A DNA stretch of 64,000 nt, taken from positions 58,962,001 to 59,026,000 of the forward strand of contig OZ296649.1 in NCBI GenBank assembly GCA_965655095.1, read 5' to 3'. This document shows positions 1 to 15,300 of this stretch, one piece after another. Under the pieces are notes generated by a model. It ran no database searches. It was given only the letters and a program-made list of their open reading frames with translations, and was not told the origin of the DNA. The stretch comes from Haplodiscus bocki. Lineage: Eukaryota. A program made the position numbers and the translations under genes. The first letter of the stretch is position 1; each line of letters starts with the position of its first letter.

Positions 1-240
1 TCAAACAATTTCTGAGATTCGATATCCTCATACCCAACTGAAATATCTGAAATAATGCAGAATAAAACTCATTTTGCAGAACAAAATTTTTTCAAGCGTT
101 TTGAACACGTCTATACGCATTCACACGTGTTTTCGCAAAAGATGTTTTACATCGAGTTTTTCCAGAAGACACCACATGGAGTGGTGTTCTATGGTGATTA
201 ACAAACCAATGGTGATATTATTATTTTTCGGAACATACTA

Positions 241-830
241 AAACGAAACGGCGGGCAACCACTGGCAAATATTCCGCCTACCCGTCTTGATGGCGTTGCT
301 TGTTTGAATAATGCACGCGTTTTTTCTCAAAACTTTCTGCTTCAAACTTGATAAATTCTAACTTTTTCCAACATTTATTTTTTTCTGATTTTTCTCCGAG
401 AAGACCTCACAGTTAAAGTATAAAAAACCTTTTTAGGAGATAATGCTATTTGATACGCATTCTGGTGCAAATTTTTCATATTTAGCGATTATAAAAAAAC
501 CGTCTTTTCCAAAAAATCCCAAAACTTGAACGTTTAGAGATACCTTACTATTTCAGTTGGATTCTATGGTAAATTTGACACAGTTTGGTGAAAAAAAGTT
601 CTAAGTCTAGATAGTATCCAGTTTATTAGAACATCGGACAGTCGCAATTGCCAAACATTTGATAATAAAAACGTTCGCGTTGAGGGGTTGATTTTTCCCC
701 CATGTTATGAAAATGGCTGAAACTAGAAAGCAGTCACTTATGTTGGTGATGTCATATTTTATCCCTGTTTTTAAAAAAGTGTTTCTGGAATAATATATTC
801 TGCAATACTTATCTACACACTCGCGTTGCT
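241..830 (-). mobile_element. Non-autonomous Helentron/HINE-like interspersed repeat, copy 1 (diverged)
   Basis: Shares blocks with 7668-8250, 37200-37730 and 54777-55450, including the left end aaac..cggc..c.acc..ggc..atatt..cgcc, 'tttgatacgcattct', 'cccaaa..ttgaacgttt.gaga' and 'gcaattggcaaaca'. The right boundary is approximate. Confidence 0.6.
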
Positions 831-1799
831 CATTTTCAGCAAAATGCCACCATGACATACCATAAAATCATGGTTACCAACCAATAGGAGAACTCTACCG
901 TCTTTTAACCATGACATTCGTGACAAAACAGAGTTTTTTATTGTACGATACTTTTGCTGATGGAAGATTGATATTTGCAATGCCTACTTGCCTCAACTTT
1001 TTCATTTCAACTGTTTGAATTGTTTGTGGAATAACGGAACGAACCTTCTACAGTCAAATTCGTCTTGAAAACAACAGCGTTTTCTAGGCAAAGGGCAAGC
1101 TAGAGCGAGATATTCAGAGTTATAGAACTAAGAAACAAAGAAAAGGCAGGTTCAAATCTCGGAGGTTTTTCAAAACAAATGCACGAAAGTGGAAATTCAG
1201 TTAAGTAGTTATCAAGCAACGACCAACAACAGCAACTGGAGCTAGAAGAATTTTTTGCACAAACATTTGAGCGAGCGGGCAAAAATTTTTGTTTGACGGA
1301 ATGAGTTCGAAGTAGGACTCAGAACTGCTTTAGACTGCTTTAGACAGCCTGAAAGTATCCATTTATACAAACTCCAACCGCAAGGCCTGAAGCTTGACCT
1401 CAGCTAGTAGTTGATTTTTGTGGTATTAAATAGCCCGCCAAGACGGCCCAAGCATCCAATATGACCACGATAAATACCTGATGCGACGACTTTGGCGTCT
1501 CAAAAACTTTGCTACAGACAGTTGGATCTGCAACAGCCAAGTAAGAAAAGATTTGACAATAAGTGATCGAAAGTCCCTCAGCAAGACAATCCTAGCCACA
1601 GAAAAGCAAAAAACGTATTTGAACAGAACCATAAACTTCGAAGGTGGTAGGCAATAAACGCTAAAAACAACAAAAATAAATAAAGACAGGCACTTAATAA
1701 ATAAGTCAAAGATTTTGCTTCTTATGTTCTACTGGTAAGTCTGAAACAAATCGAATTGCTTGCATTTTCTCAACGCTTTTTGGATAGACAGTTTTTTCC

Positions 1800-3500
1800 A
1801 CAGGAGTAAATGCAATACACTTAAAAATGACGGAATATTAAATGCGGAAGAAATTGACGGACTTGGGGCTGTTTGAAACAGGTGTATAAGACCTAAGAGT
1901 GGAAGATGACGTTTGCTTTAGGTTGGAGAGTTGATGAAAAAAAGTACGTTATAAGTGGTAATCCGTTTCACTTAAGCTGTCAGCCTAACTCAGTCGATCA
2001 ATCATGCTAGCGTTGGTGGAAAGCAAAAAAGGAAACATGGCTTCTACAAAGTTTGCGCACACTTTCGGGCCACACACCTAATCCTGTGAAAAAATCATTC
2101 TCAGTTAGGTAATTTGAAAACGAGCTGAAAACGGTCTAGTTGTACAGATTGCACAAATTACTAAATTGGAAAACTTTGCAGCTAAAATATGGAGTTTTTT
2201 GGTTCCACAAAATGTTTGGGCTTTAAAACAAGTGAACTTAAGTTTGTCAAATATGTAGTTCCCTTGAAATTCTTTTGAAGGTAAGGAAACTTTTGAAGCC
2301 TGATGTAAGACCACTGGTAGCTTGTCGGTTCAATTTTTCAGTTAAAAGAGAAACTACTGGCTAAAAAACAACTTCAGGGGTTTCTACGCCAAAAGAAAAA
2401 CAAATCAATGAAAACTTTTCAGTCAGGTTAAAAAAGATCTGACGGAGCATTGCAATGGACCATATTGCACCGTTGAAGAATGTTTTCTGAAAATGGCATA
2501 GTTAGACTGTGCAGTAGAAGGTTGAGGGTGATGTAACTGAAAGTCATTATCAAAGAGTTGAAGAAAATCCCTTGATTAGAAAATCATATTTTATTGGCGA
2601 CAAAGTATTGGATGTTTTTGTCGATTATTTACCCGTAAACTTTGCAGCGGCGACTGAAAAAGCAACAAAAAAATAGGCGCAGAGATAAAAAGATTTTAAA
2701 AAATTTTCAAAAGGCCGTTAAAAGGCCGTTTAAAGTTGACTTTCAAAATTCAACGTTTTCCTGCAGAAAAACAAAACATTACCGCGAAGAAATCTTCAGT
2801 CAAAGTGTAGTCTTGAGTCTGAGAAAGTTGCTTTGAAAATCATACCGGGTTGTCCATTAAACTTTTAGACCAAACTTTTCGGAAACCTTTTTCTGGAAGT
2901 ATAAAGAAAACTGCGAACTATGAAAAAATCTCAGAACCAAGTTGGCAGGAAAAAGTTGGCTATCTTTCGACAAAACGAAACACTCATGGTCTTGTGCCTG
3001 AGTGTACCAAAAACAAGAGGCAACAACTCTCACATTTCCAGTTGTTTGCGTTTGAAACAAACCTCTGTAAAATTCAGTGCCACGATTGTTGAGAAGATAA
3101 ACAAGACGGCTGCTTACCATCGGCATTTCTTGCGCCTTCCCATTTGTGTAAAAGAAGCTTCCAAATCAATCAAAACGTTTTTTTCTCGACATTAAAAACT
3201 TTCTGTTTTTTGCCAAAAAACCGCCTAATCAGTGAAAATAAAAGCTGCCTGGAAATTTGGGTCGAAGTTTGAGTTAACAAAAATCTTCCGCAGTTTGCAA
3301 TGGTCCGCAGGACAAAGTGAGAAACCATTAGCCCATTCGGCTAGTTTCTTGCTTTTTATAGGAACAAAACCTGCTGATCTCAGGTACTAAATTTGAAAAA
3401 ATTCCTTTGATGAGTAGAAACTTTGGTCGCAAAAACTATGAAGGCGAACTATTTTTTCAGCTTTTGGGAGCTGCAATGGAAAAATGACCGCCCTTTGTGC
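1800..3500 (+). mobile_element. Highly decayed Gypsy-type pol remnant (RNase H to integrase)
   Basis: Scattered motifs only: GLGAV (~1859), HTG...FW integrase Zn-finger-like stretch (~2840-2950) and GQSE (~3310). Many stops and frameshifts; interrupted by the repeat at 3100. Confidence 0.35.
3100..3300 (-). mobile_element. Truncated HINE-like repeat, copy 2
   Basis: aacaagacggctgcttaccatcggcatttcttgcgccttcccatttgtgtaaaag closely matches the left end of the 54777 copy (aacaatacggccggctaccaccggcatattttgcgccttcccatttgggtaaaag). Confidence 0.6.
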
Positions 3501-6500
3501 AATGACATCTGAGACATTCGCCCCTACGAAACTTTTGCAGTCAATTGGCACGAAATCTGACAAGAAAAACAAATACAAGTGCCAGAAAACATAGCACACC
3601 GCCTAAAGCCAACCCCATAAATACCGACCAAAACTTGTTTGCTTTCACTCTTCTACAAGCGTCTTGAGTAACGTCAGGCTCTTCATGAATATTTGTTCAT
3701 TCTCCCATACATATACCCAAATTCACCCGAAAAGCAAGTTTCTGGAGAAACTAACCTATGTATAAAAATACCAATGCGCTCACATTTTTCGGGGCAATAG
3801 GAGCGCAAATGTGAACACCAGGGGGCCGTTAAAAATGATACTTTGGACTCCCAAGAGAGCCATTCCGATATGTTACATTTTGAGAACAAAAATTTTACCA
3901 AAACAGCAATCTTCCCTAATTCTTCAACTACCAGAATGATGCAGGTTGGCCATCCAAAAACAAAAAAAAACACCATTGACAAAATGGATGACAAAGTGTA
4001 AAACAAGCATAAGAAAGAAGGTGCTTTCGTATTTTCAAATTTGCCATATTCTATGTCAGAGATCAAAAATCAACATTTTCCTTTGAAAAACATTTTTGTC
4101 AGGACTTTTTTTCAAATAAAAATTTATAACTCAACCTTTTCGGTGGTCCTGTGAGCTACCTTCAAGCATTGGCTAACTACGCTTCACGCGTAAGAAGCAC
4201 TTTTTAAGACTGACTAGTTTCATATTCGAAAACCAATTATCAAAAAACTAAACGTCATACGCAAAAATCAGTGTTGTTTGAAAAACCTTGCCTTTTCTTT
4301 CAAGCAGAAGGTAGTCCTGACACTTCTTGGCAAGTTTTTCAGAACTGAAAGAGATAAATGAATTAGCTTTGCAGACATACGCATATTTCAAGCCCTACAG
4401 TGCCTCAATTGCAAGTTGCATGAACGAAATTTAACCGACTTCCTCCCAATAAACCCTGCTGGAAAGAAAAATTTAGATTTTGAGGACGAAGTATAGCTCT
4501 GAGTTTCCACTATGGTCGTGTGAAGAGACTTTGTTAAAAAGTCAAAAGGCGTTATTATAAAGTAGTTTAAAAAGTTCTTGCAAGTGTTACAAAGTCCTTT
4601 TTAAGGTCTTCCTGGCTCACCAGTTTTTTTTTTGAAAGGCGATGTGGTTCTTGGCGCATTGAACCAAACCACTTCATAGTTGGAGGAACATGCGTAAGAA
4701 TAACAAAAAAAGACAAGAAGATCTGAATCAATTCTAAATTGCAAGATTGAGGCAAAAGAGACAACATTTCATAGGAACACACGTCTTTCTTCCTTAAAGA
4801 ATGAAAGGTTCGATAATTTTTCCCCGAGATAGAAATTTCCGAAATCACCAGACGCCTTCAAAAATTCTTTCTGAAATCATGTGCAGTAATTACCCGGTAG
4901 GGAAAGTCTAAGTATTTCAGTAAGAGAACTTTTTTTCCAAAAATAAGCGATTTCCTCCTGATGAAATGAACTTCCGACATCTTCGATGTAAAAAAAGCCG
5001 AAAAGCATCAATCGCAAATTTCTGCGTATGAAGTATTCGCGTACCACCATTAGGACTTGAAATAGAAGCTGTCTGTGAAAGTTTTCTCAAGATATGTCAC
5101 AAAGTTTGCGAAAAGAATGCAAAAGCAATGAAAAACAAAATAAAAGAACATCGCAGGCGGATAAGCGGTTTCCTCTTTCAGTCGCTTCGATTCTTCGACT
5201 TGAGTCATAAAATGATCAACAGTGCAACAAGAACTGCACTTGAGCATTGAGCAGGAGGGACCACCAAAGCCAGGGCTTCCCAACTCAGCGCGGGAAAGGC
5301 TCATTTCACCAGCCGCGAAAGTCTGTCGGCAAAAAGTTTGAGTTTTTTCAACGAGAAAATTCAAAGAAGGGGAAAAAGATGAATTGTTTATTTAAAATTG
5401 AGTTTAAAATTCAAATTAACAAGGAATATTGCCATCCAACGATTTGTTTGCCAAAAAATTAGCTTTTTCGTCACCACATCAATTTCTCCGTCAAATTTTG
5501 TCTCCTTAGCGAAAATGGATCCACGCGTCAAGCCATTTCGCTTTCCGTTTTTGAAGATTCATGATTCCAGGGTGCCAGTTTTAATTTTGTCAGGTTTCTG
5601 GAGAATTGAAAGTTACTGAGATTCACACACAGGAGCACACAAGCACTAGATCTCACTAGTGCCGGTAAAAGACAAGGGCGAGGTACTGGAGCGAAACATT
5701 GGACCCGAAAGTACCACTTAACAGGTGTCACTGACTGAAACCATCCTTCTGCAAAAAAAAAACTATTAGGCCCAAAACGTTCGGAACCTCTCAGTATCAA
5801 AAAGAAACCAAACCGGAAACCCTACAACTCAGTTCATGAAAAAAAGCAGCTTAATGCAAAGTTCCCGAGGGGAGATATGAGTGTTGAAAGACGGGCTACC
5901 CGAAAAAAAGTAACTAGTTTTGCAAAAAATAACGTCACCATAAAGAGGTTTTCCTTCGACTCCATGTTTCGAAAACGAAAAAACATTCTTAGAAGGCTCT
6001 GTGCGTGACACTTTTTTTTCTCTTTTGAACAAAATAGCGCATACTATATTTTTATACGGAGTAAGCACTGTTGCACAAACAATATATAACAAGCTAACAT
6101 GTTGATAAGTGTTTCATTTTGCGTGAAGAAATCAAAGAAATTTCTCATTTCTTCTCATTTGGCCGTTGAAAAAGTTAATTTTTTTAGCTCAATATGTCAG
6201 ATAAAAGCTGTGAGTTTCATTTGACGCCTAACAGCTAAATGGTTCGTTATGAGGAGCCTAGAGAGAAAACAAATCAATTTGAGGTTAATCACGGGTCAAC
6301 AAACCAATTATTTGATAAAATTTTTGCATGAAGAAGCGTACCGCATACTGACTTGAAGGAATTTTAGAATTTAGTTTTGTTATTGTTCGCAGGAAATTTC
6401 CAACAGTCCAGTGACCAATCTTAAGGAATGTTAGCTGATAGCCGTAAAAACTGAATTTTTCTGCGAGGTTTCAGTCCGGCGAAATTTTAGTGTTTCAAGC

Positions 6501-7667
6501 GGAAACTTCAGAGGGACCGCACCAAAAACACTTTCAATCAAGTTTCCGCACTAACAGATGCTTCAAACAAAAGGAATAAGAGTATAGTATTTGAGTTGTG
6601 AACGCTGTTTTGAGGATTCTACAACAACCCATACGAAACTGTAATTTTTCAAAAAGTACTATGGAAAAATATTTTGAGCGAATTAGAGCATAAATTAGGC
6701 TTTGGAAGAAGTAAGTTTCAATCAAAAAGTTCGTGTTTGAACGTAATAAAGTGGTTGCAGCTTTCCCTACCGTTTTGCGTGCACCTGCAGTGCATTCCGG
6801 TTTATGTGCAAAAACAAGTCATCTTTCTGGCAACTTTAAAAACTCAATCTTTATTCAATATTTTGTATCTAACTTATATAGGAAAAGATTCAAGAAAGAA
6901 GTTGTCAATTCGAGATTAAACCACGAAAGCATATTTGTTCACTTCAATTTTCTCTCTCTGAATGCTTAAAAACTCCAAGTATCCACCACACACATACAAA
7001 AACTACAAAAACAGGACGTTAGAAAAATCATTGTTTTGGTTTTAGACCGATTAGTGGAAAGTTTTTGAAAAGACATTTTTTTGTTAGACCATGTTGGTCT
7101 GACAGCCGTTGGTGTTATCTGCACGACAAGTATTGGCTCAACAAAGGCATTGGACGCTCAATTATTTCAGTAAAGCCCAAACCTTGAAAAGAAAAGAAGT
7201 AAGGATAATTTTCGTGTCTCGACAGATTCCGCCGGGAAAATTTACCTGGCAGAAAACTTTCGAAAAGTTTTTCCAGAAACTTTCCTGGAAAGCTCCTATC
7301 TGGATAAAAGTTTGGGAGAAACAGGCGCGAAAAATTGATTGTTCCGGGTGATATCAGCTTCCCGTGGAAAAAAAAATCAAATATAGGTGGAACTAGCGTT
7401 GGCTATATGCCTTCAGTAAGAAAAAGCAGAAAACAGATAGGAAAACAAAGCAATGTTGACAAGCGAGGGAAGCACCTACAATAAAACATTGATGCTGAAA
7501 CGACGGAGAATTACCGACCGGAACCTGATATTCTAATACAGTAGGCGAGTATGACATCCATTCCGGAAGCTTTCGGCATCAAAAACTTTTTTCCCGGAAT
7601 CGGGGTCAATGCGGTCTCCCGATAGAGTTTCTCAATGTTACACAAAGATTCATTTGAGCATTTGGTG

Positions 7668-8250
7668 AACAAAACACCCGGCTACCTCTGGGATATTTTG
7701 CGCCCCCCAACGTTGTTAAAGATGCCTTTTAGGAGGTTGAAAGCGTTTTTTGTTTCTGTTTCTTCACTACTCTGTTTCTTCACCATTTTTTCTAACTTCT
7801 CCAACTTCAATTTTTTTCTGATTTTTGCCGAAAAAACATCGAAAATAAGGTGGAAAGATATTTTCAAGAAAACATACCATTTGAGACGCATTCTAGAAAA
7901 AAAATGCCACATGTAGAGATTTTGAAAAATTTCAAGATTTTTTTTCGAAAAAACCCATTTCTCCAAAAAAACCCCAATTTTTGAACGTTTTGAGATCTCT
8001 TTCTATTCCAGTCGCATTCCACAGCAAAGTTGCTACAATTTGGTGAAAAAATAGATTCACGTTGAGACGTGAACAAAATTTCCAATCTTGGCGTGAACGC
8101 AATTGGCAAACATAGGTTGCAGAAAAAAAACGTCAGAAATAGCGCAATTGAAAGGAAAATTTTGCTGCCATATTTTTAATATGATGCAAAATATAAATAT
8201 TTGATAAAAACAAAGATCCTTTCTGGAACTGTAAAAAGTTGCCCTGAGAT
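7668..8250 (-). mobile_element. HINE-like repeat, copy 3
   Basis: Colinear with 37200-37730 along its length. Terminal hairpin cccgg-ctacct-ctggg lies next to the aacaa end, and the internal ~120-bp unit starts gcattc. Confidence 0.75.
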
Positions 8251-8449
8251 GCGAGAAAACACCAATCCAAAGCTTGAAAAAAAAGTTTTTTTCAGAATTT
8301 CCCTTATGAAAAGTCGAACTTCGACAATCAAAAACGTCCACTTCTGGGGTAAAGAAACTATCATGGCTCTGTGATAGCAATTTTGTCTCAAGCAATCTGG
8401 AGACACCGTGGCCACAAATCAAAGTGTCATGTTTTTCGTGAATATAACA

Positions 8450-10400
8450 AAAGCTTGAAAGAACAACCTAAAATAAAGAATTTCCGAAAAATAATTTTGA
8501 GGAAACCTTGCAGTGTTTCTGCAGAATCGCCTCTAATGAGTCTCCTTAATTTATCAAATGCCGCATGAGGTGGGTACAAACAACGTCTACGGAGAAAACA
8601 ACAAGTTTGAAACTTCATCAACAAAAGCACTGCAAGCAACGACCAACGTCAGTTACTACTGAGGTATCAAGTGATGATCCCAGTAGATTCATTCCACCGG
8701 ATAAAAATTGAAAAATAGCCATCAAAACGCCTTTGCAGTGACGAACATCCCAGAAAAAAGACTTCTCCTTTTTAAACTAAAACCCGCCAAAGAAAGTTCA
8801 AAAAATTTGGCAAAACATATCCAACAAGCTACCAGTTGATGCTTCTTTACTTCCTAAGTTTTGTTGGACCTTACAGGCCGCGTGCAACGAGAAAAGACCA
8901 AAATGATAGCCTTTTAAAGAAGCAGTTGCTTTCAAATGTCTATGTTAATTTGTTTGTCAGCGAAAGATCTGATAAGTTGCGTCAATCAAAGCCTCATGCA
9001 GGCGTCAGTTTTAAAACCGGTGCAGTAGAAATTTGGGTAACAAGTAAAGGAGCGTATAAGTATTTGAAGATAAAAAAGAGGTTTTAGGGTGAAAGTTGCA
9101 CGTTTCCAAACTTATAAACGTTTTTTTATCCTCGGTAACAGAAAGTTTTTTCACGTGAGAGACACAATTACCCCAAACTCGTTATAAGAAAAAACGAGTT
9201 GGGATATTTCATCTAAAAAGTGAGGAGGCCTTAAAGCTGAAAATTTTCCGGAGTTTTCATGCAAAGATACAAACATGAGCACAAATATGGTAAACACAAA
9301 GCTCAGTTAGAGTAGTAGCGGCTACAGCATCGAAACGAACTCCAGAGAAACACTGATGTAAACAAGCGTTAGAGGACGCGTTAAAATTTGACGGAAAAAT
9401 TGCTAATTACTCAGAATTCGCATAAAAGATTAGCTTGTAGCACAACCTCGGCTGAAACGCAAGCAAACAAACTGGTGTTACCCGCAGTGACCTTCACCTT
9501 GTATAATAGAGGAACCAAAGGGACTTGATATCAGTTTCGTTTTGAAAACCTTTCAATTGGTGAAACAACAAAAACGCTATGAAAACGTTTTAGCTTAGTT
9601 TTTGAGCAAAAACTAAGCCGGAAAACTGTGAAAAAGTTTTTAACGCGCGATTTCTAAAAGAATGTTCCGCACTTGGTACTCATTCAAAAAGTGAAAGCAT
9701 AGAATATTCAACACAGTGTGTGACTTTAAACGCTCCAGAAAAAGCCGAAAAGGTATTGCGTACACAATGTAGTTTTTTGCTGTTGATGGCAGAATCGGAA
9801 CATTTATCTAAAACAAAACCTAATTGAAACTTTGCGTACACTCCAATAACACTCAGGCTCCCCACATTGTCAGTTAAAATTGAAAAGCGACTTTTGATTT
9901 TTTTTGCAGCATAACCAACACATTTTTTTCAACAAGGATTTTCCAAAACTCAATTCTCTGAGTCCTCCATTTTGCTAATATTTCGCTGAAAAAAATTTTG
10001 GTAGCCAATATTATGGCATCTGATTGATCATCAAACCATAATTGTTTTCATGGCTTCCGACAAAACCAACTAATGGGCTGAGATATTTTCGCTCAGAGAG
10101 GAAAGACGCAGATGGACATCTAGTGACAGGTAAATAAAAGCAACACTCTTTTCGACACGTCTTGATGTCGGACAACAAGTTTCACTCCACGTGCATAAAA
10201 TTAGGTACAACCAGCAGCATGCTAGGAGAGTATCAATAACGTATAGAGTCGCAAAGCTTTTCATTAAACAAAATTAAGAATTTGCAGCGGAGTTTCCGGC
10301 TGAGAACACTTGGTGCTGCACCAGGCAGAATTATGCTTCCACAACTGTCAATTGGAACTTCTACACAGGCCGCCGAGACTATCTGCAAGTGGTTTTGAGA
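8450..10400 (+). mobile_element. Highly decayed Gypsy-type pol remnant
   Basis: LNLSNA..KTT/F RT-like stretch (~8545-8620), FLSFVGPYR resembling FLGxxGYYR (~8850), and QPTNG-like integrase motif (~10065). Confidence 0.3.
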
Positions 10401-12399
10401 CAAAACTACCTGGAGAAATCAAGAAAATTTAGGTTCTGAAATAGTTTAAAAGTAAAAAAAACCAGGACGGTTTTTTCAGCAGTCGGGGCTTTTCCAACCC
10501 AACTTTCTTGAAGAAGAAAGTAGTTGTGTATCGCCAGTCAAATCCCTGACAAAGTGCCAAACGTTGAAGTTGCAGAGATAAAATTGCGCTGATTTTACTG
10601 AAACTTTCAAAAAAAATTAGTCAAAACAAACGACCCTCACACAAAGCACAACGTTTTGCACCTCCCCCCGGTTGCTACTTTTTGGACACTCTCCCCACTC
10701 ATTTGAAACCCGTAGCTCGAAAACTAGGCAACCCCAATGACCTTAACGACTTGTTTTCAAGGATATTTCCTTGAGTAAACACCTTTGACTTCAAACAATT
10801 GTAGAAATGTTAGGTCATCTACCCCTCTTGAAACTTTCAAGTTACAGTAATGACGTAAGTTTAATTTTACTACCAGTTTTGCTGTTGAAAAAATCATTCC
10901 GTGGGCAGACACTTCACGGCAACACAAAAAAACATGCCAGAAACCAACGGGCTGTTCAACAAGAAAAATGATTGTTAACCATTACTATACAAAAATTCTT
11001 TTGGGTTATCGTTTCTGTCAACTGTTTGTGCTCAATTTTTCACCTAAATTCTCATATTCTTTTCAAAGCACTAGTAAACAAAGAATGTTCATGCACTCTG
11101 ACACTTGATTGCCTCTAGTCATTTCGCGTCTCATGACTATAATAAACTCAGTTGACTTCTTTAGCTCTTCACAATTTTCAACTTAAGACTTAAGGCGCAA
11201 ACAAGCTAGTTCTTCTCAATCGATGGAGAATATATATGTGTTAGCAGGAATTACAGGTGGTACATCGACCCGGACATAGTCGGTTTTAGGTGGTCAGCTT
11301 TTCACCAGGAGTAGAACAAGCAGGGATATTTGACTGTTGTGTGAAAGTCGGAAGATAAGATTGTCCTAGCGGAGTATCAAGTGAGAACACTTTCAGAGTT
11401 GCAAGGGAAACTAATGGGTTCAAAAGCATTTGTGCAATTTGAATTTTAGGAAATCAGTGTACTCGTGGTCCGGGAGCAATTTCGGCAGGTTTGAGTCAGA
11501 TAATATTCGAACTTCGATTTACCGGAAGACATTTGTAAAGTAATGTTGAAAACAAAAAGAACAACAGAAAGACTCAATGAAGTCGGAGGAAAACAGGTAA
11601 AATTTCGCTTAGCAGCCACAACGAGAAAGCAGTACAAAAACAATGGAAGAGCTGGACAGGACCATAGAAATCATAGACGCATAGTCGTGCTAACAGCGCG
11701 TTGGACAAAAATTTTCAGATACTCACTCTCTTCAGAAAAACCCACTCCTCAGATAGCATAGACTCATTCAGGCATAGAAAGGCCTCTGAGAAATATATGG
11801 CAGCCTGAATAGAATAAAAGGGAAATAGCAATTCTCGGCAAGGTCAGGGAGCAATTGAGTTGACTTGAGAGAAGCAGCATTTGCTCATTTGCTCACTGGC
11901 AACAGAAGTTAAGAACATAAAGGACAAGAAAAAGGGTTTTTACAAATAGCAAGGAACAACAAGAAGACGCTTGTAGGAAGACGAGCTCTTAACGTAGCAA
12001 AGACGTTTGCACTATTAAATTCACAAAACTGCACGCAGCTGAGTAAATGAAAAGTGGCACCAGATAGAAATGGTTGGAAGAGCCATTCACGAGCCTTAAT
12101 ACCTCCCTAAAAAGCTGCTGACATGATAATTAGAGGCTGCAGTTAGGGAGAAGAACCAGTGTCCCACAAAGGTTAGACTTCTAGCTAGACAATTGAAAAA
12201 AAAACACTTCGAACAACGCTCAAATGTGGTAAAAGTTCAGTCAGCCCTGAATCTGATAAGGCACAGCGAGTAGAGCAGACAGAGCTTTGAATGAGGTAAT
12301 CAAATATACAGGATAGTTGATCGCCAGGAAAGGTGGAGTAGAGATCCAGAGAATGTAGCAACAACTCAGAAACCATCCAGGTCAATTTTCAAAAGACAT

Positions 12400-15300
12400 G
12401 AAAAAGTTCCGAGAAGACCTTGTTTTTTTCGAAAATTGAGAAACAGAAAAAGCAAAACAAAAAGACTAAGACTTTGATTAAAGAAAATGAAACAGCGAAG
12501 GCAGAAATTGGCGTTTCTCCCATGCTGCCTGGAAAACAGTTTTTTCAAGGAGCAATTCCTTTTTGGCTGTGTCAAGTCAAAGCTGTCTAGAACACTCAAC
12601 TAGGGTTTGCTGAATGTGCAGCTGAAAGAAATCTTCTGTACACAACAGCTATGCAACTTTGTTTGTCAGAAAGACCACCACTACGTACGTCATTACTGCC
12701 ACCAACAACTCCAATGCCGACCAGGAACGACAAGAGCCAGCAAGAAAAATTGCATAATCGAGGAGACATAATGCAACAAAAACTAGAACAAAAACAATCG
12801 ACAAACGACGAATTCGGCAAAAATAAAGTTTTTTGATTTGTCATGAGGCCCACTAGTTTGGCCAGAATGGTAAGGTATTTCCTGAAGCAACTCTGCAAGT
12901 TAAATATGTAGATCTGAGTGGGAATGCGCAAACATTGATGGTTGGGAAAGCCAATGTTTCGATTATTCGAAGATGTTCAAGGCTACAATGTAGCCATGTG
13001 AAATGTCACTGTAAGCACATTGGTTACAAGTTCTGGGTGACCACATGCTGAAGAAATAACAGCTCATTCAGATTGTGAGTTTCTTTCTCGAACCTGGCAA
13101 GCCGTTTAATGTTCCGAGAATCTAGCCGACGTTTCAATTCACCTATTTGGTGAGAACCTGATGAAACATGTACAGTTTTGTTTCATCACGATGGGTTGGA
13201 AGTGCGCAAAAGCCACTGCACCACAATGCCGACACCACTGGGCTTGAGAAAAACAAATTTGTGCGCAGAAGGCGGATACATTTGCCATTATTCGATGAGA
13301 CTATAGGGAAAAACAGAAGGCGAGCAAAAACTTTGTCTAGCGGTCATGCGTGGTAGCAAAAAATCCGCGCCTTGGTGTGCCTGAACGCAATGCACATTAT
13401 TGATTTTGATTTTACGTTTCCTGTCCATGTATCCTTTTTTCATCTTCAAAAATTGGTACAGGTGCCAAAAAACACTTAAGAAAAAGAAAAACTCCGAAAG
13501 GAAACATAACACTTAAAACATAAAAGGAAAGCACTCTGGTAGTTCTACAAAGGGTGTTCTGTTCTGTGCAAAGAGGCGCTCTAGGAACTCTTTATCACAT
13601 TTATAGCCATTTATTCGATAAGGGGACAGCATGTGCACGTCCGAGGGGTCTAAGTTAGCGAAAACAAAACAAAAAGCCGCGTAACCCCTTTTCGAAGCTG
13701 AGCAAAATGTTCTCTATCACAGGACCCGGTAGTCCCAACCAAGAATGAGAAGGAATCAAAACGTTGACAAAAACCGTTTTTTTTCCGCCGAAAATGAAGT
13801 CTCCAATGTGGATGGTGCTTCCCAACTTTTTTGTTTTATTTCGTTGGAACGATTAAATTCACAAAAAATTTCGGGTTCCACTTTTCTAGCTCGACTGCAC
13901 CACAACGTTTCGAGTACCCATTTTACAAAATCTAACTCACAGCCACGTAGACATAGACCAAAGGGACGTTACAATGGTGCCTAATGAGTCGGTGCTATTT
14001 TCTATACGGGGCCTTCCACCGCCACGAAGACTAGCCGTTGAGTGATGCCAAGCAATACTCCTAGAGATATTTAAAGTGTTCAAAGATTGATAGGGAAACA
14101 AAGTATGAAAAAGCAAAAGGTCTGAAAAAACAATATTTTGGTTTTTTTAGATTGTTTCTTACTTACCAGTGGTTTCACGAACAGTCTAGCGGAAGGATGA
14201 AGCATGCGGCATTGTCAACTACTGCAACTTCAAACAACTGAGAAGCTGAAAAATGCATAGAAGAAAGGTTCGCCACCAGTAGATTAGACGACTTCTACTT
14301 TTGCTCTCTAAACGGGAACGGCAAATTGACAGTTTTACTAGTGACTGTCAAAAAAGAAAAACATGAGATTCAACTTTGGCTTGGTGCGATTTGTGAGCAA
14401 GCTTATCGTCCATGGATCAGTTATTGCCTAATGATTTGATCGCTAAGAGTGACCTAATTGACATCAATGAAGAAAAAAGACACGGAATAACAACGCTAAC
14501 ACTTGAAAAGTCATAATAAAAAGGTTTGATCGAAAAAAATCTCAAAGACATTAGATAATGGAATTACACCCAAAGGTTGATGCAGGATCAAAACGTATTA
14601 AAGCAGCAAGCTAAGCCCAACGCACCCACAGTTTTCTTTCGGAGTTGAACAGAAAGAACATTGGACCTCAAAGCTGATGAACTGATGCAAAGGTAAATTA
14701 TTTGGACCACTCGGTTGAATTCGAAAATTCTACGAAAGACAAGCCTTGAAATTGGAACTCAGTTGTAAAGAAAATTGAACCGCTATTGAATCAGTAGAAA
14801 TGTAGATGACTACAACTTGCGGAATTGTTAGTGATGACGACTCGTTAGCAGCACAGGAGACAACTCTTTGAGACATCTAATGTTAGGCGTTTCGATGCGA
14901 TGTGTGTGAGGAAAGTCGAAAAAAGAAAAACCCACAATTGGTGAAACAAAGGCAAAAACTGTTGGGGAGAGATGTCAATGTGTCTTCTCTGGAAAAAACT
15001 CCATTTTACTGCGGAACGTTTACATTTGGCGCTGAGCCAAATTAAGTCTGTGCAGTGTCCACTAACAAAAGGTCCTTCCTTGATTGAGGAACCGTATCAT
15101 GATACAATTGAAGACATTGCAGAGAAAGCGTTAGTTGAGAATCGGTAGCAGGAAAAAGTAAGAGGAACAAAAATCGAAAATTGACAGTATGTCTCAACAT
15201 CTGCTTGTAAACCCTGAAAAACCGGTGATGAGACATGATTCCACCGGAGATACCGAATGAACTAATACGTCACTGATTGAAAACCGTTGAGCCAAGCCTG